DNA from: Basidiobolus meristosporus CBS 931.73
Taxonomy: Eukaryota; Fungi; Basidiobolomycota
NCBI GenBank assembly: GCA_002104905.1
Contig: MCFE01000093.1
Coordinates: 1 to 64,000 of the forward strand
DNA: 64,000 nucleotides
Reading direction: 5' to 3'
Numbering within the stretch: the first letter of the stretch is position 1; each line of letters starts with the position of its first letter. Below the pieces are notes generated by a model, which ran no database searches, was not told where the DNA came from, and worked only from the letters and a program-made list of their open reading frames with translations. Of this stretch, positions 11,238 through 24,106 are shown piece after piece. Made by a program: the position numbers and the translations under genes.

Positions 11238-11720
11238 ATGAAGTTCACTTCCTTCGCTCTCGTGCTTGCCTCCATTGCTTCCCTCGCGGTTGCCCAAACC
11301 AATGACACTTGTGCTGCCGCTGCTAACATGAACTCGTGCATTGAAATCAACACTAACAAGCAAACTGGTTGCGGCACAGACCCTGCTCAACCTAACCCTG
11401 CGCTTTGCAAATGCCAGTACCAACACGCCATTGTCACTTGCTATAGCAACTGCCCTGACTCTGCCAAGGCCCAGGGTGATAAGAAGCTCGCCGAAGCTCA
11501 AGTGCAAATTCTTTGTGCCTCCTTCCCCAACAGTGTAGTCTTTGCCACTGCAACTGGATCCACCCCTTCTATCGCCACTCCTTCCTCTTCCCCTTCTGTT
11601 GGTACTAACCCCAGCGGAACCACTGGTGCTGTAGCACCCGTCAAGACCAACTCGGCAGCCAGAAATTTGGCTGGGGGATCCCTTGCCATTGCCGGTCTCT
11701 TCGCGGTTCTTGCTTTGTAA
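11238..11720 (+). CDS. Secreted Cys-rich, Ser/Thr-rich, probably GPI-anchored cell-surface protein
   Basis: N-terminal signal peptide, 8-Cys domain, S/T/P-rich stalk, small-residue omega region (NSAA) and hydrophobic C-terminus. Confidence 0.85.
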   Translation: MKFTSFALVLASIASLAVAQTNDTCAAAANMNSCIEINTNKQTGCGTDPAQPNPALCKCQYQHAIVTCYSNCPDSAKAQGDKKLAEAQVQILCASFPNSVVFATATGSTPSIATPSSSPSVGTNPSGTTGAVAPVKTNSAARNLAGGSLAIAGLFAVLAL

Positions 11721-13270
11721 TTCCTACATAGGTCCACCACCACATTAATTTTGTAACAATAACTCCTGTGGGGCAAACTTCTATTCCCAATATCACTAGT
11801 TCTTGAGATCCACCATTCAATAATCACCGCGCAGTTCTTTTGGAAATAAATATGGTTTGAAGAATTTGGCTTAAACTTGGTTTAAGGGCAGGGTTATTAA
11901 GCTTATCACGTGAATTATCATGAGATGCATAGCCAGGGGCATGGGGCCAGGGGAGCAGTATGAGCATATACGATATGAATTTGCCTAGTTTTAGATTGGT
12001 TTGAGGCGTCGGCAAGCCTTGGATGAGCCGTCAGATGATCCTATCCGGTAATGTGGCAGTCACAAGGTATAGATTTCATTCCAGGAGGCTGAGTGAGGAT
12101 TGGTAGAAAGACGCCAATAGTCAGCACCCTTGCGCCCTTGCACTCCATTCCGTATTTGAATCTGGTGACGAGCAGGTCGCTAGTAAATTAATATGGGCCA
12201 CAGCAGAAGCTACCTCCACAGAACAAAGGCTTGGGTGGAACAAGGAAAGGGAGCTCTGTGGTGATCAGAGCCCCTTACTCACCCCTCGTATTTATATATT
12301 GTTCCCCCCGACCCTCACTCTTGTTCGATTGCTACACCGCACCTTCCTCAGGCTCAGTCCTACACTCGCGTTAAGGTCTGCTCCGCTGATTTATCTTGAT
12401 CTGACTCAGGTATTCATCGTTTCGTATTGTGTTTGTCCTTCCTGCCCCTTTTTGTCAATCCCACACCCGGTTCATGCATGCGCTGAGGTCGAAATAGATC
12501 TGCACACATATATATACATACACCTCGGCTTCCACCCACACATTCCCTGTTTTGAAACAACCACCCATCTGGCCCCAGTTTCATAAGTCCTTGAGCTCAC
12601 CTGCACCAATCCATATCCAGAAACGAGTCACACCCAGTATCGCCAGATTTGGTGTGTTTCTTTCATCATCCCTACCATCTTCTTGATATTTATCTGTGGC
12701 CACTGCTTCGTAGCCTCCTTTCGTTCTACACACCTTTCATCTTGTGCCTATCTGGTCAACCATCGCAAATCGCTCCCTATTTCTCATTTAGACACCCATT
12801 TGTCAATCTCTGAGATCTTTATTACTCTATATCATTTCCTCCCCCTCCAACCCCCGTTCTTCAGATTCGACTCACCTAAAATGATCCCTTCTTCCCCAGA
12901 ATCCTCAATTCTCGCTGACTCCCCCAGAACTGACCAGGCTTCACTTCACTCTCCTCAGGGCTTGAGTTACTTTAACATTTTCTCGTACTGCTTCCCACCT
13001 TCGCTATTCCACAACTCTCCCTTTTACATCGCCCCTTTTCGAGTCCTACTGTTGGGCAACCTGAATTTACCTGTTGCGAACAACGAACTACCCTTATTAC
13101 AGCGCCTTTCTTTTACTGAGCTTCTTTTTGCCTACTTTTTGCCGCTCTTCTACATATTCTTGCCTGGATTGATCATTCCTGCTATATTTCTTAGAACTCT
13201 ACAACTTTTGGCTAAAGCCATTATCCACGGAGCCAATACTTCCTCTGACAAAACCTCCAGGCCCTTCAGC

Positions 13271-15038
13271 ATGTCCTCTTCTCCTGATATCGAGTACTGG
13301 CTGCAACGCTGCTCTATTTGCTTTGACGCCCAGCTTGACTTCTGCCTTGATTACTGCCGGGACCAGTACTGCCGTGACTGCTTCAAAAGGTGGGTACAGA
13401 CCATGACTGCTTTTTGCACAAGCAAATAGGCTCTCCCCACTTACCTGTTCTTCTCTTTTTAGATATGTCAAAGAGGTAGTCAACAACTCCTGGGGTCTGA
13501 GTATTACCAAGATCAAATGCCCTGTCTGCCAGGATGTGCTTTCTCAGTCTGAATGGAGCAAAGTATGTATTGCCCTTTTATTGCATACACCCACTCAATG
13601 CTAGTTGAGGCAGCACTCTCACCCAGACTTATGGAGCTATTTATTAACTTTGTGCCTTTCTTGTAGTATGTTGACTCTGAGACAGTTGAGCTATATAATA
13701 CATACAATCGTCCATACCGTGCCTTTACTCGATTCTGTCCAGAATGTGAGCATGAGGTCCGTGGAGCAAAAATGGAACCAATTAGTTATAAAGCAGATAG
13801 AGAAAAGTATGACTCAAATGCTGCGCATCAAGAGTACCACCTTCCTAACCATTTCCTCCTAGATATTTTGACGAAGTACATGATTTACTTAATGATTTCT
13901 TCCAAAAAACCAACTACGCTGCCTTGAATACCTCGGAATTTCTGAACAAATTCCGGGCTGACTATCGAAATTTCCTCTCCGGCGGTAGTATTACCGTTGC
14001 TGACATGTACAAATACACCCTGGAAAAGATGATTGACTGCCTGGGGCTTTGGTACGTCTGGAGCAATGAGGGTAGCAAGAAAAACGTTCCCAAAAGGTAG
14101 GCTTCCCCAAGAAAAATGATCCTCCTTTACATTCCGCTGAGCCAATGATCCCATCCGCAGTTCGAAAGTAAAAAAGAGAAAGCTGGAAGGGGAGACGGAC
14201 TCGTTGATCTCAGCGGCGGCCAAAATCTCTTCCAAACTCGTATCGCTAGAATTTCGACCAGAACTATGGAAAGAACTCCAGTTTATGCACATTGCTAATT
14301 TCCCGCAGGTTAACTGGTAGGGAAAGAATCTTTTTGCCACCAGAGAGGGGGGCGGGTCTAGAACTGATCTAACATGATATTTTTGTCTAGCCAAAAATGC
14401 TATCAAGAAGTTTGCCTCCGTTGCGGCGAAGGGAGCCACCACAAAGCCATGACCTGCTTTGAATATATGGAGGACCAAGTCCGCAATTCGCACACCTATT
14501 CGGAGTCGGTGGAGAATCTGAAATGGAAGCTGGAGAACAGGTACGTAACCAATGTTACAGATCCGCCGATCACTGATGACTGACCCTCCGTTTCCACTCG
14601 ACTCACCGAAACAGCAAAAGCTGCCCCAACTGCTGTATCCTTATCAATAGGGACGACGGGTGCAACAAGGTGGACTGCTTGCATTGCGGACATCGATTCT
14701 GTTGGATCTGCAGAGATACTTGGTCGGAGGTACGAGCCACCCGCATCGTGTAACCATTCCTGGTCACCTGAACTAACCCATTCCACACCAAGAAATGTGG
14801 CTTCTATCAATGCCGTGGCGCCAAAAATGGGCCTACGTCGGAGATCGAATCACCAACCACCAAGGCGGGAAGTATCAGTGAGATGGTACGTAATTTCACC
14901 TGGTTTACCCATTTGCCATCCACCATGCGAATGACACATTCCCTCTTATCCCTCCGCGTAATATAGCCGGAAATCGGGGTCCCAAATGTGATCGCAATCC
15001 AGGCGAAATTAGCCACCCCGCAACGAGGCTCCGCCTGA
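13271..15038 (+). CDS. RBR (RING-IBR-RING, Ariadne-like) E3 ubiquitin ligase, multi-exon
   Basis: CSICFD..YCRDC / KCPVC; IBR-like CPEC..CLRCGEGSHH..C; RING2 KSCPNCCILINRDDGCNKVDCLHCGHRFCWIC. Exons join in frame via GT-AG introns, e.g. 14097-14160. TGA at 15036-15038. Confidence 0.88.
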
Positions 15039-16134
15039 AAATGAATTCCCGAACCAACTCCATTGAGGTTGGCCAACAGCTCTTTCATGTAACTTTTCGC
15101 AACTTTCTTCCCCTCCCCACCCCACCCCACCCCACCCTCACCTCCACCTTCACCCCTTCCCTGAACTTGATTTCCTTGTGCAGAGCATCGATGAATTTTT
15201 CTTTCTCTTTCTTCAACTACATACAGCTCCTCGACTTCTTTAATCTGTCAAGTATTAAAATGGATTGATAATGCTGAGGAGATTGGTGGGATTCATGGAG
15301 GCTATCGGAGGTTGGTATACGTCTGGGCCCTCCCTTTCTCCCTCTCCCATCCGCCATCGCCATCACCATCCCGCAACCCTCCCCCCTCCCTCGAGGTGCC
15401 CAATGGCCTTCACCCACCTGTTCATCCTCCCTATCAAGTCGATCTCCTGGCCGAGATCCCTTGAGCCCTCCCACCTTGTCCAAACCCAATCCATTCCCCC
15501 CAGCAAGATGTCGACTTTTTTTAGTAAATATCGAGATTTAGAAGCATACGCTAGACCACACCTCTCCCCTCCACCTCCCACTCACCACCATCATCACCCA
15601 GGGAACTTTCGGTCGAATCGGTAGCTGACCCGAAAATCCCCCGGTCTCATCCCTTCCCACACTGACACATATGCCCACGGTCTCGTCTCACTCACACGAA
15701 TCCGACCAAGACTATCAAGGTAAGGGTGGGTTGGATTGGTGTGGCCACCTCACGAGCAAAAAGAATGAAAAATCCGGCTGGTTGCCAACGCCGCTACTGA
15801 TGTGGCTGTAGATGATGTCTTTGTTATACATAAGAATGGGATCTCCCTTGCCCCGCCCTCTCCCCGAGAAACCACGTGATGAGGCTGGGCCAGGTGGGTG
15901 AGGAGAGAAGCAAGTGTGAAGGAATAAGAGAGTGTGTGGGTAAGTTTAAATAGAGAGCAAAGCTAATAGAGATGTAAGTGTAGTGAGGTGATGGTGGGAT
16001 GAGGGGATTCACTACCGAGTTTCGGTAGTGTTCCATGTGGTGACAGTCGTTGGGGGACTGGAAGAGAGAAGGGAATTTACATGTTAATATGGGTCGAGTG
16101 TTGTGCAATGCTGGGTTGCCCACCACCATTCAAT

Positions 16135-19100
16135 TTAATTCCAAAGTGGAACTCCGGCGACGATCTCCTTGGGCTTCTCGGTCTTGCCAAGGAGCGCGTT
16201 GCTCAAGAGACTCCATTCCTCGATCAGATGCTGCTTCTTGTTACCAGTGGCAGTGGCGGCTCCTGGTTCACGGCCGGCATAACGGATGGCCTTTCCTTGG
16301 TGATGTTGGGTCTGTGCCAAGACAGTACGGAGTCTAGGCTCGATGTGGAACCATCCACCAGCGTTCAATGGCTCCTCTTGGGCCCAAACCACTTGGGCGT
16401 TGGGGTATTTGTCAAGATGGTCACGGACAAGATCGAAGGGGAAGGGGTTGAGCTGTTCCACACGGGAGATGGCAACGTCCTTGATACCGTTCTGGTCACG
16501 TGCCTTGAGGAGGGCATAGTAGACTTGACCACTGCACAAAACGTGGGTCTTGACCTGTTCGGGTTCAACAAGGTCGGAATGAGCCTCAGGGATGTAACGA
16601 CGGAACTTGGTATCTCCGATCATCTCGTCGAAGGAAGAACGAGCGAGAGGGTGTCTCAACAAAGACTTGGAGGTGAACACGATCAATGGTTTACGGAAGC
16701 CGCGGTAAACCTGTCTACGCAAAACGTGGAAGTAATTGGCAGGGGTGGTGGGGTACACCACTTGCATGTTGCAGTCCTGATGTTGACGAGCAAGCTTCTC
16801 GGGAGTAGGGAAGTAGTAGGGGTTTTCGTCACAAAGCTGGAGGAAACGCTCAATACGTGCGCTAGAGTGCTCAGGGCCTTGGCCATCGTAACCGTGGGGA
16901 AGGAGCATGGCCAAACCGGAACGTTGCAACCATTTCTTCTCGCCAGAGGAGATGAATTGATCGATGATGCATTGAGCAGTGTTGGCGAAATCACCGAATT
17001 GTCCTTCCCACATGACGAGGGAGTTGGGATTAACGAACGAATAGCCAAGCTCAAAGCCTAACGCACCATACTCGGAAAGGGAGGAGTTACAGATAGAGAA
17101 GGCTGGCTGTGTGGGGGCAATGTGGGCCAAAGGAACATACTGGTTTTCGTTGTTTTGGTCGTGAAGAACGGCGTGACGTTGTGAGAAGGTACCACGCTCA
17201 ACATCTTGACCACCCAAGCGAACATGGTTGCCCTCAAGCAAAAGGGTGCCCCAAGCAAGGGCTTCGGCAGTGGCCCAATCGATACCCTTCTCCTCCTCGA
17301 TAGTCTTCTTCTTGGTCTTCAAGATCTTCTTAAGATTGGGATGGACCTCGAAATCAGGTGGGTATGAGCTGATGACGGCACCGACCTTGCGAAGACTGTC
17401 GATGGATGCACCAGTTGGGTAAGTAGGAGGGTTTCCTTGGCGACCTCAGCAGGGGACTTGAACCCGTTCCATGAGCTGGATAGCCACTCGCGAGAAGTGG
17501 GCTCATAGTCCTTGCTCTTGGCGTAGCTCTCCTCCAAGGTGTTCCAGACTCTCTTCTTGTTCTCTTCAATCTCCTCCTTGGAGATAGAACCCTCCTTTAC
17601 TAGCTGATCGATGTATTGATCCAACACGGGTACTTGCTTTGGCAATATGCTTGTACATTCTTGGTTGGGTGAAACTGGGTTGATCAGTTTCATTGTGACC
17701 ATGACGACGGTAGCATACGATATCAATGACGCAATCCTTCTTGAAAGTCTGGCGCCAGTCAGCGGCCATTTGGCAAACGTATGTGACAGCCTCGACATCA
17801 TCACCGTTGACGTGGAAGATGGGGACGTTAATTGCCTTGGCAATATCAGTGCAGTATGGAGTGGAACGAGCGAAACGAGGATCGGTGGTGAAGCCCACTT
17901 GATTGTTTACAACAATGTGCACGGTACCACCAACACTGTAGTTGGGAAGTTCGGCAAAGCCTAGGGTTTCATAAACGATGCCTTGGGCAGCAAAGGCGGC
18001 ATCACCGTGAAGGAGAAGAGCCAAACTACGGGACTTCTCCTTGTCGTTGCTGTAATGCTGAAGAGCTCTGGTCTTTCCGAGGACAACAGGGTTCACAGCC
18101 TCAAGATGGGAAGGATTGGCGACAAGGGAAAGATGTACACGCTTGCCGGAAGGAGTGGGGCGCACATAATTCATGCCTAAATGGTATTTGACGTCACCTG
18201 ATCCTTCAACAGACGGCTCCATGGAACCACTGAATTCTGAGAAGATGGATCGTTGGGTTTACGAACGACGTTGCTTAACACGTTCAAACGACCTCTGTGT
18301 GGCATGCCCATGACGATGGACTCAACACCATTGTCGACTGAGCGATCGATCAAGGTCTTCATACCAGGGGATAAGTGCTTCACAACCCTCAAGACCGAAA
18401 CGCTTCTGACTCTTGTACTTGTTAGCAACGAATCTCTCAAAGGAATCGGACCAGATCAAACGATCAAGAATCATACGCTTCTCCTCCAGACTGAATTTGT
18501 AACGATTAGGGGTCTCGACACGTTGGCGGATCCAGTCACACTGAGCACGGTCAGGGATGTGGGAGTACTCAATACCAATAGATCCACAATAGATGCTCTT
18601 GAGATGAGAAATAATTTCACGGAGAGTCATGGAAGGCTTCTCAGTGGCGAAGGAGGGGAGGATACCAGGGCCCAAAGAGAAAACCTTGTCCATGTCGGCT
18701 TCGGTGAAGCCGTAGTGAGAAGGATTCAATTCGGGAGGAATTGAAGAATCCAAATCGGCATGTAAGATACCGAGAGGATCCAAGTTGGCAATATGGTGAC
18801 CTCTAACTTGATACGCTCTGACCATCAACTGGATCTTCAAATGCTCGGAAATATCCGAAGAAGCGGCTTCCGATTGAGGAACCTCGGTGAGCTGGAAGGT
18901 GGAGGCACTGGCATTGGAGATTGTAGGTGGGGCCTGGAAGGCATCGGTTGGCTTAGCTCCCTTGGCCAGATTTTTGAAGTAGATTTGCCAGGAGATATGG
19001 ACAGATGAAGGATCTCTCAACCAAGCCTCGTGCATCTCTTCGACATAGCTGGCGCTGGAGCCTTGCAAGAAGCTATCAGAGCTGGTGGCGACAGCAGCGG

Positions 19101-19230
19101 CATGTTGCTTACGAATGCTAGTGTAGAGAAGGGGAGTTTGTGGTCTAGTAAGTCCAGCACGGCGAAGAGTCTGGGCACGAAGACCTTGTGTCAAGGGTCT
19201 AGCGGCTTTAGAGAGTTGAGGGAACCGCAT
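16135..19230 (-). CDS. KGD1: 2-oxoglutarate dehydrogenase E1, mitochondrial; intronless, four single-base indels
   Basis: Mitochondrial-presequence-like N-terminus; [56 protein letters not shown] and [16 protein letters not shown]. The four ORF pieces join by +/-1 changes at 18367-70, 18250, 17638-40 and 17426-27. Confidence 0.96.
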
Positions 19231-19412
19231 AATGGTAAAACAAGTGCTTGCTAGTAATTAAGACAAGACACAACAAACAAGAAAAAAATCCAATTTCAAA
19301 GATCAAATTAATCACTTTAAAGAGAAGATATACTCTTGACAGAACCTCACTCGGTGATTCACGTCACAATCCATGCAATCTAGGAACATTTATGGAGATT
19401 ACGTAACCTAAT

Positions 19413-19784
19413 ATGGACTATGACCTGGGGTGGGAAGAAGCCGAAGTACCCTTGCAAAACACCCCTCCCCAACCTCAATGTGTCAAACCCGTAGTAGTGC
19501 ATCTCAACAGGATGTTATTTGTGGAAAGTTTGGATCGATACGTAAATCAAAACCCGGAACAAGCCCCAACAAATTGGCTACGCCCCCAAGATATTTGATA
19601 TGTGTCAATCAAGCATTTCATATGGGTGCGTACATGAACGGAATACTCCGACCCATTAGCTTGTGCTCTGCTTTTGATTTTGACATTTCTCTTCCTCTAA
19701 AGTCAATGGTTCCGATATATCGGAATCGGGGACTCAGAGTCGTGCAGCAAGCCTTGTAGCCGACCATGGCTCGGATGCTCTTGA
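19413..19784 (+). CDS. Putative ~97-aa spliced microprotein, head-to-head with KGD1
   Basis: Removing one C from the run at 19583-87 and splicing GTGCGT..CTAAAG (19626-19702) gives ...ESLDRYVNQNPEQAPTNWLRPKIFDMCQSSISYG/QWFRYIGIGDSESCSKPCSRPWLGCS*. Confidence 0.55.
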
Positions 19785-20321
19785 TGCCTTCCCACTGTTT
19801 CTTCCCCCACAAATGCCAGGACCCGCCTTGGGCCGCCCCAATAGCCGCTTTACTGTGTATTTGCTCACCCATAGCTCATTCAAGTTAGATTATTCAGGTC
19901 AAGAATCCCAATTTAGGCCATCCATATTAAGTCAAAACTAGTAGGCACGGATGCGGAGCCAGTTAGAAATTTTCTGCTGAATATAGCTCCAACTTGAAAG
20001 TGACTTAGGGTGCACTAATGTTCAACCGAAGCCCCGAAACTCACGTTACACGCGGCAATATTCCACATGATACCATGCAAATCCTCTGTCAAGTTAGAAT
20101 GGTGGCAGCCCTCTGGGAATACCGTCCGCTATGCCCTATTGGCTGAATCCAAGGGGCAATTAGAATTTCGCTGCCTAGTGACTACCTAAGCCTTTCGGGC
20201 ACATGCACTGACTCCGATTGGGGAAAAATCGATGTTTTGCCAGATTAGTTATATGAGAATTCGCACAAATATAGTTTTCGGCAATATGCCAACATTCTAT
20301 TGACCAGCTTGCTGCGTGAGT

Positions 20322-20348
20322 GGGTGAGCGGGTGAGCGGGTGAGTGGG
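20322..20348 (+). repeat. (GGGTGAGY)n tandem repeat, G-quadruplex-compatible
   Basis: GGGTGAGCGGGTGAGCGGGTGAGTGGG: four G3 tracts with 5-nt loops. Confidence 0.7.
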
Positions 20349-21020
20349 TGCCATAGTTGGAAAATGTCTCAACGGAATGAATCGACTCTTAATCAATTAA
20401 TATATAATTGGGGAAGACGGAGTGGTGCTGATCAGTAGGTGGAGGATTCTGCTTACAACAAGGAGCGCTGCGTATCCAGCCCCCTGTCACGTAGCCAACA
20501 ATGTGATGGTTATCCTGTGGTTATGTGCGTGCTTATGTTATGGACATTTACCTCGTGCCCACGTGATCCAATGCATGAGATGATTATTTGCCACAAGCCA
20601 TGTCATGCATACATTCGCGTCAATCGACTCGGCGCTTATATTGGCCAATCAAGAGTAAACAAGAAGCAAATTGTTTAGACTTCGTGTTTATAGTCGACGG
20701 TTTGTTGTTTTATTTCTGACCGATTATCTATGAAATGAGCAACACCCCAAAACCGATCAGTTAAATCATGTTGCATAGTTTACCGATCACACAAGCATTG
20801 ATTTCACCAAGTTAAGCTTCTCTTGGCAATATTTCATTCCGTAGTTTTTTGATCCTAGGTCAGATAGGTTGCTTTCGATTACAAAAATCCTTTCTCTGCG
20901 TTGTTTATCCGTAGCTAAACTTGGCCAAACACTAGAGCTCTATTTATTTCCTCTCCTATTTTGGTAAACTCTTTTCTACCTCATATACATAGATCTTATA
21001 TACATACATAGTGTTGAACG

Positions 21021-22658
21021 ATGAGTGTTATAAATCGCTCCCCTTTCAAAGCTGAGAATGGTGACCGACCAGCCGATAACGAAAACCTCGACTCTGTAAA
21101 AGGTATGCGTTTCGCCTTGTTGGTCAACTCAAGAGGCCTTGTTCATCTATGTTCGTTTATGCAGAGTACCTCAAGACCAGACACCTGCTTTTCGAGAAGG
21201 AGCGCTCCGAGTTCTCCGTATATACCAGTCCTCTCCGTGTATTCACTTATTTCTTCTTGTACTTGTGGGATCAGTTGAGATCAACCATACTTTTCTTCCT
21301 AAATCGTGGCTACCTGATATTTCTAATCACTTCGTTGGCGGTACTTGGGTATTTGATATATATATTGGATGGCACGCATCAACCTGTAAGTTGCTTGCCT
21401 ATTGATATGATCGTTTTGAAAGTACTCCAGTGACCTTCCCTTGACTAACCAACCCTCTTTTTGCTTTCAATGCAACAAGACGGTGCAATATGTTGAAGCA
21501 GAACTTCTTTGGATTGGTTATTGGATTATGCTTGGTGTGGCTTCTTCTATCGGTTTGGGAACTGGGCTACATACGTTTGTACTCTTCTTAGGACCACACA
21601 TCGCTTCCGTTACTTTGACCGCGTATGAGTGTGGTAGCTTGGATTTTGCCGTTCGAGGAGAAAACAGCTTTGCTTGTAATCCTGATGCCGTTTTTGCTAA
21701 TACCATCTCGATATGGGGTATTTTCCACAAGGTTCACCTGGAGTGTTTCTTCTGGGGACTTGGCACCGCTCTAGGAGAGTTGCCTCCTTACTTTGTAGCT
21801 AGAGCTGGTAAGTTTCTGTTTACCCTGCTCCCATCACCACCCTGTATATCTTACAAATGACCTCATGACAGCCGCGCTCTCTGGCCAGCAAACCGAAGAG
21901 ATTGCTGTACTCGAATCACTTCGTCAAAAGAAATCTGACACTGTGACACTCAAGGAGCACGTTATGCTCTACGTTCAAAAAATCATGCAACGGTTTGGAT
22001 TCTTCGGAATTTTCCTTTTTGCCTCGGTTTGTATTCAGTTTTTTTGGCCAACCTCAAGAAAGCGATTCTGAATACTAAGCTTCCTACACCTGCCAAATAG
22101 ATCCCCAACCCATTGTTCGATTTGGCCGGTATCACTTGTGGACACTTCTTGGTCCCTCTGTCCACCTTTATTGGTGCTACTTTTCTTGGGAAAGCTGTTG
22201 TGAAGTCGGCTATTCAGGTTGGTTTGATCAGTACGCGATTATATTCCCACTCAGATACTGACCTTAACAATTCCGCTGTAGTCCTTCTTTGTAATCATTA
22301 TGTTTTCCAAGGAGACCCTTGCCGGACTGTTGAGTCGCTTAGAGAACAGCTTCCCCTACATCCATGATCTCGTCGAGAGTGCAGTCCGCGAGCAAAGCAA
22401 AGCTTTCCAACGTTCTCCCGAACATCAGGCTGGACCGGTATTTGGGCCATGGTTGCTTTGATTGGTGGAGATATATATTAATCCAAAAATTCTCATTAGG
22501 CTAAAACAAGCTTGATCTCCCTGTGCTGGAACGGACTTATCACCATCATGCTGGCCTATTTCCTTCTCTCGATTGTGGAATCTTTGGCAGTAACCCATTT
22601 AAAGAAGATCCACGACGAACGGACCGATGCTCACTTGGAAAAGAAGCGTCAAAAGTAA
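21021..22658 (+). CDS. VMP1: Vacuole membrane protein 1 (VMP1/TMEM49, DedA superfamily), multi-exon
   Basis: [43 protein letters not shown] and [31 protein letters not shown]; TAA at 22656-58. Confidence 0.93.
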
Positions 22659-23170
22659 AGCATTTTCTTGGCATTGATGAAAAATCCCCTTTTGGTGAAC
22701 TATTTGCATTAACTCTATCCAGCCAACCATTAGCCAACCACCCCCCCCCAATTTCTTTAATAATTCCCTGAATTGATTTTCTTTCCTCGTTTGAAAGATG
22801 CATGCCTATTTCTAATATTTCAATAGACCGTTCTTTCTTAACCTCGCCATCCTATGCTAATAATGCAACAGTTCCAACATAAAATATTGTCCACACTCAC
22901 TTGAACATATATATATACTCGCTGATCTTTTTATCAATCTTCGGGTGAGAATGGGATGACAATCCATGGCACGCGTCCATGGTGACAAGGCATCGTAAAG
23001 GATGGAGAAATTGTATAAAATTAAAGAAAAGAAACAAATATCATCTTTTGGTTTACAAAGGTGGCAAAGGTAAAGACACGGAAATATCGGAGGAAAGTAT
23101 CATCACACACTGGCAGTCTACAAACGTGTGTGACGTTGGCAGTTGACCACTTGTGGAACAATTCGCGCGT

Positions 23171-24106
23171 TTAGTTTTCTTCCTTGTCGGCCTCAGCACC
23201 CTCCTCTTCCTTCTCCTCGTTGTTTTCAGCATCCTGAATGTCGGAGGTCCAGAGAGTAAGGTTATCTCTCAACAGTTGCATGATGAGGGTACTGTCCTTG
23301 TAGCTCTCTTCGCTAAGAGTATCGAGCTCAGCAATGGCATCATCGAAGGCTTGCTTGGCCAAATGGCAAGCACGGTCGGGTGAGTTGAGGATTTCGTAGT
23401 AGAAGACAGAGAAGTTCAAGGCAAGACCAAGACGGATAGGATGGGTAGGGGCGAGCTCGGTGACGGAGACATCGCTGGCAGATTTGTAGGCCTCGAGAGA
23501 CTTGTCGGCGGTCTCCTTTCTCTTGTCACTGGTGGCGAACTCAGAGAGGTAACGGTAGTAATCACCCTTCATCTTCAAGTAGAAGACCTTGGATTCCCCG
23601 TTGGTGGCCTTGGGGACGAGGTGCTCTTCAAGAACATCAAGGATATCTTGGCAGATCTTGGCCAGCTCTTCCTCGATCTTGCTTCTGTAATCACGGATCA
23701 TGGTTACATGCTGTTCATTTCCCTTGCTCTCCTCCTTTTGTTCAATGGAGGAGACAATACGCCAGGAAGCACGACGAGCACCGATAACGTTCTTATAAGC
23801 AACAGACAAGAGGTTACGCTCTTCAACACTGAGTTCTTGATCGGAACAAGCAACCTTCTTCATGTTCTCAACCATCTCTATTTGGAAAGTGTTCGTGTTA
23901 AACCATATTGGGACGGGGAGGAGCGACAGTGCCCGACAAGTGTATGGTCAAGCGACTCACTGTTTCGTATCTCCGGATGCGAGTGACCCGACCACAAACC
24001 CGTGCAGCGCATCAACCAGATGATGTGAAAAAAACTTACCATCGTATCTCTCGGCTTGTTCGGCAAGCTTGGCCAAGTAAACGTGCTCTGCTCTATCAGT
24101 TTCCAT
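23171..24106 (-). CDS. BMH1: 14-3-3 protein, 2 exons
   Basis: [40 protein letters not shown] and [19 protein letters not shown]; intron 24039-23878. Confidence 0.98.

Noticed and set aside
12683-13429. 248-aa ORF in the pyrimidine-rich leader of the RBR gene
   Set aside because: F/L/S/P-rich low-complexity frame with a non-ATG start; only its last ~40 codons belong to RBR exon 1.
15265-15624. His/Pro-rich 119-aa ORF
   Set aside because: Arises from C-rich low-complexity DNA between convergent genes; no domain signal.
16081-17061. 326-aa plus-strand ORF (and similar ones at 18253, 23441, 33868)
   Set aside because: Antisense shadows of well-supported genes, caused by codon bias.
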